Shown: piece after piece, positions 8,297 through 10,589 of the stretch | Layout: each line of letters begins with the position of its first letter | Position numbering within the stretch: the first letter of the stretch is position 1 | Assembly (NCBI GenBank): GCA_963823655.1 | Contig: CAWGMK010000009.1 | Location: 1-10,589 of the forward strand | DNA length: 10,589 nucleotides | Origin: an uncultured Bacillota bacterium | Lineage (GTDB): Bacteria > Bacillota > DTU025 > MWDF01 | Direction: 5' to 3' | The notes under the pieces: model-generated | What the model was told of the DNA's origin: nothing | Database searches by the model: none | The model's input: only the letters and a program-made list of their open reading frames with translations | Translations under genes and position numbers: made by a program

Positions 8297-9961
8297 CTAT
8301 TTGACTATGAAGCTTGTGCCTATGCCGTAGGCGTCCCATATCTGCGGGCTCTCGGGCTGATTCTCTCGGGCGGTCATGAAAGCGTGCGCCTCCCTGGCGC
8401 TTATCTTCCCATCCCCGTTAGAATCAGCGTTGACCGATGAACCGGCCGCCGTTTTACCTGCTAACGCACTTATTACATAGTAGTTGTACTCGCCGTGGTG
8501 ATAAGTGGCTCCGCCGTAGACTTCCTTCTCGGTATCCGCCCTGTGGGCGTTTTCGGTGGCAAGGCAGGCGGTGGAGACGAAGCTCTTATCGTTTTGCATA
8601 TTGTCCACGAAGCCGCCGCTTCTGCACTGCTGCATGAATATGGCCTTCTCCTTGAGAGTAAGGGCGTTAATGTTGGTGCCGAAGGTGCTGTCGTAGTATA
8701 CGCCGTCGCGCAGGCAGAAGTAGGCAGAGCTACCCCCTCCTCCATGGTCGAACACCCATACGAACAGGCTGTCGCCTGAGTACACCTTGTTGACGCCGAT
8801 TGAGGAGTCGCCGTTCTTAAGCCCGTTAAGCACTTTATCGACCCATACCGTGGTGGCCGGGAAGTCCGTTACGGTGCCTGAGTGCTTGTAGGCGGGATTG
8901 GCTGAGATGTAGTCCGAGCCCCAGCCGTACATCACGTAGATATGATCTTCCGTGTAGCCCGCCGCAAGCAGGGTCTTATACATCCACACGGTGTCGTTCC
9001 AGAACTCATCGTAGCCGCTTTCCGCGATGTCGCCGCAGATGAGCAGCGCGAAATCCCTTGCCATGGCGCGAGTATCGAGCCTATTACGATGTCGGTCCTT
9101 ATCTGCCATAAGGGCTCGGGCTTGACAAGCTGTATAGCTGATGAGGTTCGGCTTCATCACGATGATGCTATTCTCCGTGGGCGACAGGACTTTAACCTCA
9201 TTGTTCCTTATGATCAAGCCTTTCGGGTCCAAGGTGGGAACATCGATCGCCTCAAGATTCAGCTTAAGGTGGAGTCCAGCAGCCTTATCTTGTTGCTGGC
9301 CCCGTCCAAGACGTACAGATTTCCTGCCGAGAACTGCATGGCCGTCGGCGTGTCACCGGGGGACCAAACCTGGGAGATCGCCCTGTTGGTCGCAGGATCG
9401 ATTGTGAATATTGAGCTGGAGTAGCCGGCCGAAATCGCGACCAGGACGTTCTTGCCGTCGAATGCTACGCTCATAAGCGTACCCGTCTTCAGGATATCGC
9501 CTGCGAGTATGCTTGTTGATCCCGCCCTTGCGATCTTCTCGAGGGGATCCGGCGGCCTGAATGTTGTTAGCTTCAGATCCAGCAGTTTTGTCGCCTGCCC
9601 GGCCTGATGTCCACTGCGAATACCAGGTTGTTAAGGCCGTCGCCGACGATCGCCTTGCCCGCGGTGAATGCGGAGATGCCCGCAGGTTTGTCTATGGGTA
9701 TCGCAATCGTCCTCGTGATCTTTCCTGCGGCATCAAGCGCCACCATCTGGCCCTTGCTGGCGCCGAAGATCTGCCCTCCCACGTCGCCCATCGCCACCAG
9801 GTTGAGAGGGCCGTGCTGGTGATCTTCGTCAGCGCCGGGATGTTCATCAACGCCGGCTGCGAGACTATCGGAAGCGGTGTAATGGGGGCGCCCATCGCGG
9901 CCCCGGCAAGAAGCATGCACATCAATATCGCAGCGCTGATCTTCAAAATCCTTGCTGTCAT
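8297..9961 (-). CDS. Secreted ~555-aa protein: signal peptide + beta-propeller-like region + peptidase C13 (legumain-like, clan CD cysteine protease) domain; split by at least 3 frameshifts
   Basis: AAGGAGGGG RBS and signal peptide MTARILKISAAILMCMLLAGAAMGA. Single-base fixes at ~9805, ~9602 and ~9265 join four ORFs (9692-9961, 9573-9920, 9259-9474, 8297-9232). The C-terminal domain has FALLICG, ND...MYKTL...GY...HIYVMYG, VWVFDHGG (His codon 8746-8744) and IFMQQCRSGGF (Cys codon 8626-8624). Confidence 0.8.
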
Positions 9962-10557
9962 ATGTACCCCTCCTTCTTTGTCGGGCTCGTTATATCCAAT
10001 GCCGATATATTCATTCTACGAATTTGCATTTTCCCCTTCGCCAAGAGCGAGAAAAACCGCCCGTTAAAGGCGGCTAGACAGATACATTTAACTGCTTTTC
10101 CGAGCCTTTTATGGCCGCTTGAATTGAAATAAAGGAGAGTTGCAGCAAAAGAGGCCGCTGAATTGATGAGCACATCCCCAAATCGCATGGCGCGCCCCGG
10201 CACGAAGCTTTGGTGCACCTCATCGCCTATCGCGTACAGTATCGCAATTGCAGCAGCTAAAATGGCAAGCTTGGCATATGGGAGGGAGTATCTTTCGCTG
10301 ATTTGCCCGTCGCAGACAGCGCGTTTAGTATCAGCAGGGTAAGTGCCAGGTAGCCGACAAAATGTGCGCCCTTCCTGACAGAGAACCGTGAGGGTCACAT
10401 CCTCCGAGTTTATGCTGCCCTTTGCTCCGATGGAGTCCAGGAAGTTGACAATTGCGCTTGTGATGATGCCGCTGTCGCTGTTACTCAGCTCAGCGGGCCT
10501 GGATGAGAGCCAGAACAGAAGCCCCATCCAAAGTAAGACGGCGGCCCAAGTATTCAT
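9958..10557 (-). CDS. vanZ: VanZ-family membrane protein with two internal compensating frameshifts; true 3' end may be ~10075-10090
   Basis: WAAVLLWMGLLFWLSS at the N-terminus and LYAIGDEVHQSFVPGR..RFGDVLIN. The conserved VRKGAHFVGYLALTLLI segment is present in a shifted frame (~10379-10290). The tail to 9958 runs through a terminator-like hairpin and the next gene's RBS. Confidence 0.85.
   Translation of the reverse strand: MNTWAAVLLWMGLLFWLSSRPAELSNSDSGIITSAIVNFLDSIGAKGSINSEDVTLTVLCQEGRTFCRLPGTYPADTKRAVCDGQISERYSLPYAKLAILAAAIAILYAIGDEVHQSFVPGRAMRFGDVLINSAASFAATLLYFNSSGHKRLGKAVKCICLAAFNGRFFSLLAKGKMQIRRMNISALDITSPTKKEGYI
10052..10074 (-). terminator. Possible Rho-independent terminator after vanZ
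   Basis: Minus strand reads CCGCC-tttaacg-GGCGG-TTTTT: a short GC stem followed by a U tract. Confidence 0.5.
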
Positions 10558-10561
10558 GCAA

Positions 10562-10589
10562 AACGCTGCCTCTTTGGAGAGGCGGCGTT
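10562..10589. terminator. Terminator-like 12-bp hairpin at the right edge of the window
   Basis: AACGCTGCCTCT-ttgg-AGAGGCGGCGTT with one G-U pair on the + strand. Context beyond the edge is not visible. Confidence 0.45.

Noticed and set aside
9055-9140. Linker ACQARALMADKDRHRNRLDTRAMAR as an autoprocessing site
   Set aside because: A neighbouring frame (IQLVKPEPLWQIRTDIVIGSILAP) looks at least as protein-like, so this stretch may contain compensating indels and cannot be interpreted.
593-9961. Programmed frameshifting or phase variation as the cause of the split genes
   Set aside because: The shifts occur in short runs across unrelated genes, without slippery heptamers or long simple repeats. 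Sequencing error is the simpler explanation.
9958-10557. vanZ as evidence of a glycopeptide-resistance cluster
   Set aside because: No vanHAX/vanRS genes are present, and stand-alone VanZ-like genes are common in Firmicutes.

Overview
GC-rich chromosomal region, probably from a Bacillota (Firmicutes)-type bacterium (strong GGAGG-type RBSs, a YabM/SpoVB-family flippase, VanZ). I see no mobile element, CRISPR array or RNA gene. Gene order after joining split ORFs by hand: (-) secreted hypothetical protein running off the left edge; (+) HisJ-like PHP phosphatase followed by two paralogous 400-aa MefA/DHA3-like MFS transporters; terminator; (-) YabM/SpoVB-like flippase coupled to a small MazG-like pyrophosphohydrolase, then a secreted hypothetical protein; (+) membrane-bound GGDEF diguanylate cyclase; terminator; (-) VanZ-family protein followed by a ~555-aa secreted protein with a propeller-like N-terminus and a peptidase C13 (legumain-like, clan CD) domain. 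Six of the ten genes are broken by single-base frameshifts, mostly at short homopolymers, which looks like long-read assembly error rather than real decay. The most interesting items are the hidden propeller-C13 fusion protein and the small MazG-like gene sitting where yabN normally follows yabM. All calls come from motif recognition by eye; no searches were run.
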